Assembly: GCA_002633005.1 (NCBI GenBank) | Contig: NMRA01000760.1 | Coordinates: 71,432 to 135,431, forward strand | Direction: 5' to 3' | DNA length: 64,000 nucleotides | DNA from: Phoronis australis | Lineage: Eukaryota; Animalia; Phoronida | Shown: in pieces, positions 63,236 to 64,000 of the stretch | How positions within the stretch are numbered: position 1 is the first letter of the stretch | Layout: each line of letters starts with the position of its first letter | The notes under the pieces: generated by a model | Seen by the model: only the letters and a program-made list of their open reading frames with translations | What the model was told of the DNA's origin: nothing | The model's database searches: none | Made by a program: the position numbers and the translations under genes

Positions 63236-64000
63236 CATTGATACCATCCTCTCAAGCCAACATCATCTAACGAACATTACTCAAACAAGTGGACATCAAA
63301 ATCAACCGTTGGCCACTGGAGGGCGTAACAATAATGGGACTTGTCCGAAAATTAGTGTGAGCCGTCTAACAAAAACAAGTCAGTCAAATTCACCACAAAT
63401 ATTGCTCAAAACAGAATACTACCAACCAGCGAGGGGGCAGAACTACACAGGTTTACCTGAACAAACTCCCGGTGGGTACTCCCCTAGAAGTATACAGGAC
63501 CTGTCGCTCAGAAGACTGATTTTTTTCACCACCAGTTTTTCTACAAACGGGTGTTTTTTCCGAGATATTTCCTTACAAAATGCACACTTTAAAATGTGAC
63601 ACTCTACAACTTCAAAAATTTACAAAAAGTGTAAAGTTTCTACTGTTGTCTATATCTCTAAAACTTTGGATTTACTCGAACTGGACAACAGGGCCTCTCT
63701 TATCGCACTGTCTGAGGTTTAATAGTTTTAAAAAAATTCCTAAGTAATTAACCAACGTTGAAGCACCACACATATGGGTGTCGTCCGTTCTTTAAATAGG
63801 TGGGTCGACCTAATTTTCATTTATAGTCTCTTCCCGCCCACGTCAAAAAATACCGTTGAGTAGCCTCTGTGAACACGTTGCAAAGAGCATTAGTAATCGT
63901 TTCTCGGATTCAACTCTCCTCTGTCGTGGAGATATAAAAATGTGTGATTGACCTATATTGTTCAGTAGTTAAGTTGCTATACGTGTCTGAGATGAAGCGG

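Overview
AT-rich, intron-rich animal (invertebrate) genomic DNA from a draft assembly, with gaps at 16573-16947 and 34635-35097 and a lone N at 11265. I reconstructed four spliced protein-coding genes by eye with phase-consistent splice sites. (1) The first two coding exons of an SDR9C-family short-chain dehydrogenase (HSD17B2/HSD11B2-like) on the minus strand, running off the left edge. (2) A complete 7-exon EMC10 on the plus strand, head-to-head with gene 1 across about 190 bp. (3) A complete SYCP3 on the minus strand, tail-to-tail with EMC10; its penultimate exon is present twice, probably an assembly/haplotype artefact. (4) A large vesicular glutamate transporter gene (VGLUT, SLC17A6/7/8) on the minus strand with 12 confident coding exons, one GC-AG intron and an uncertain first exon. 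The last VGLUT intron holds a decayed HERO-type non-LTR retrotransposon (restriction-like endonuclease class). The rest is MITEs (several with clean 5-6 bp TSDs), tRNA-derived SINE remnants, long hairpins and tandem repeats. Most ORFs in the supplied track are spurious. I found no convincing new multi-gene system. The best leads are the EMC10-SYCP3-VGLUT linkage mirroring vertebrate paralogous regions, a 400-bp intronic hairpin with strand-biased mismatches, and a predicted pseudoknot in the retroelement 3' UTR.
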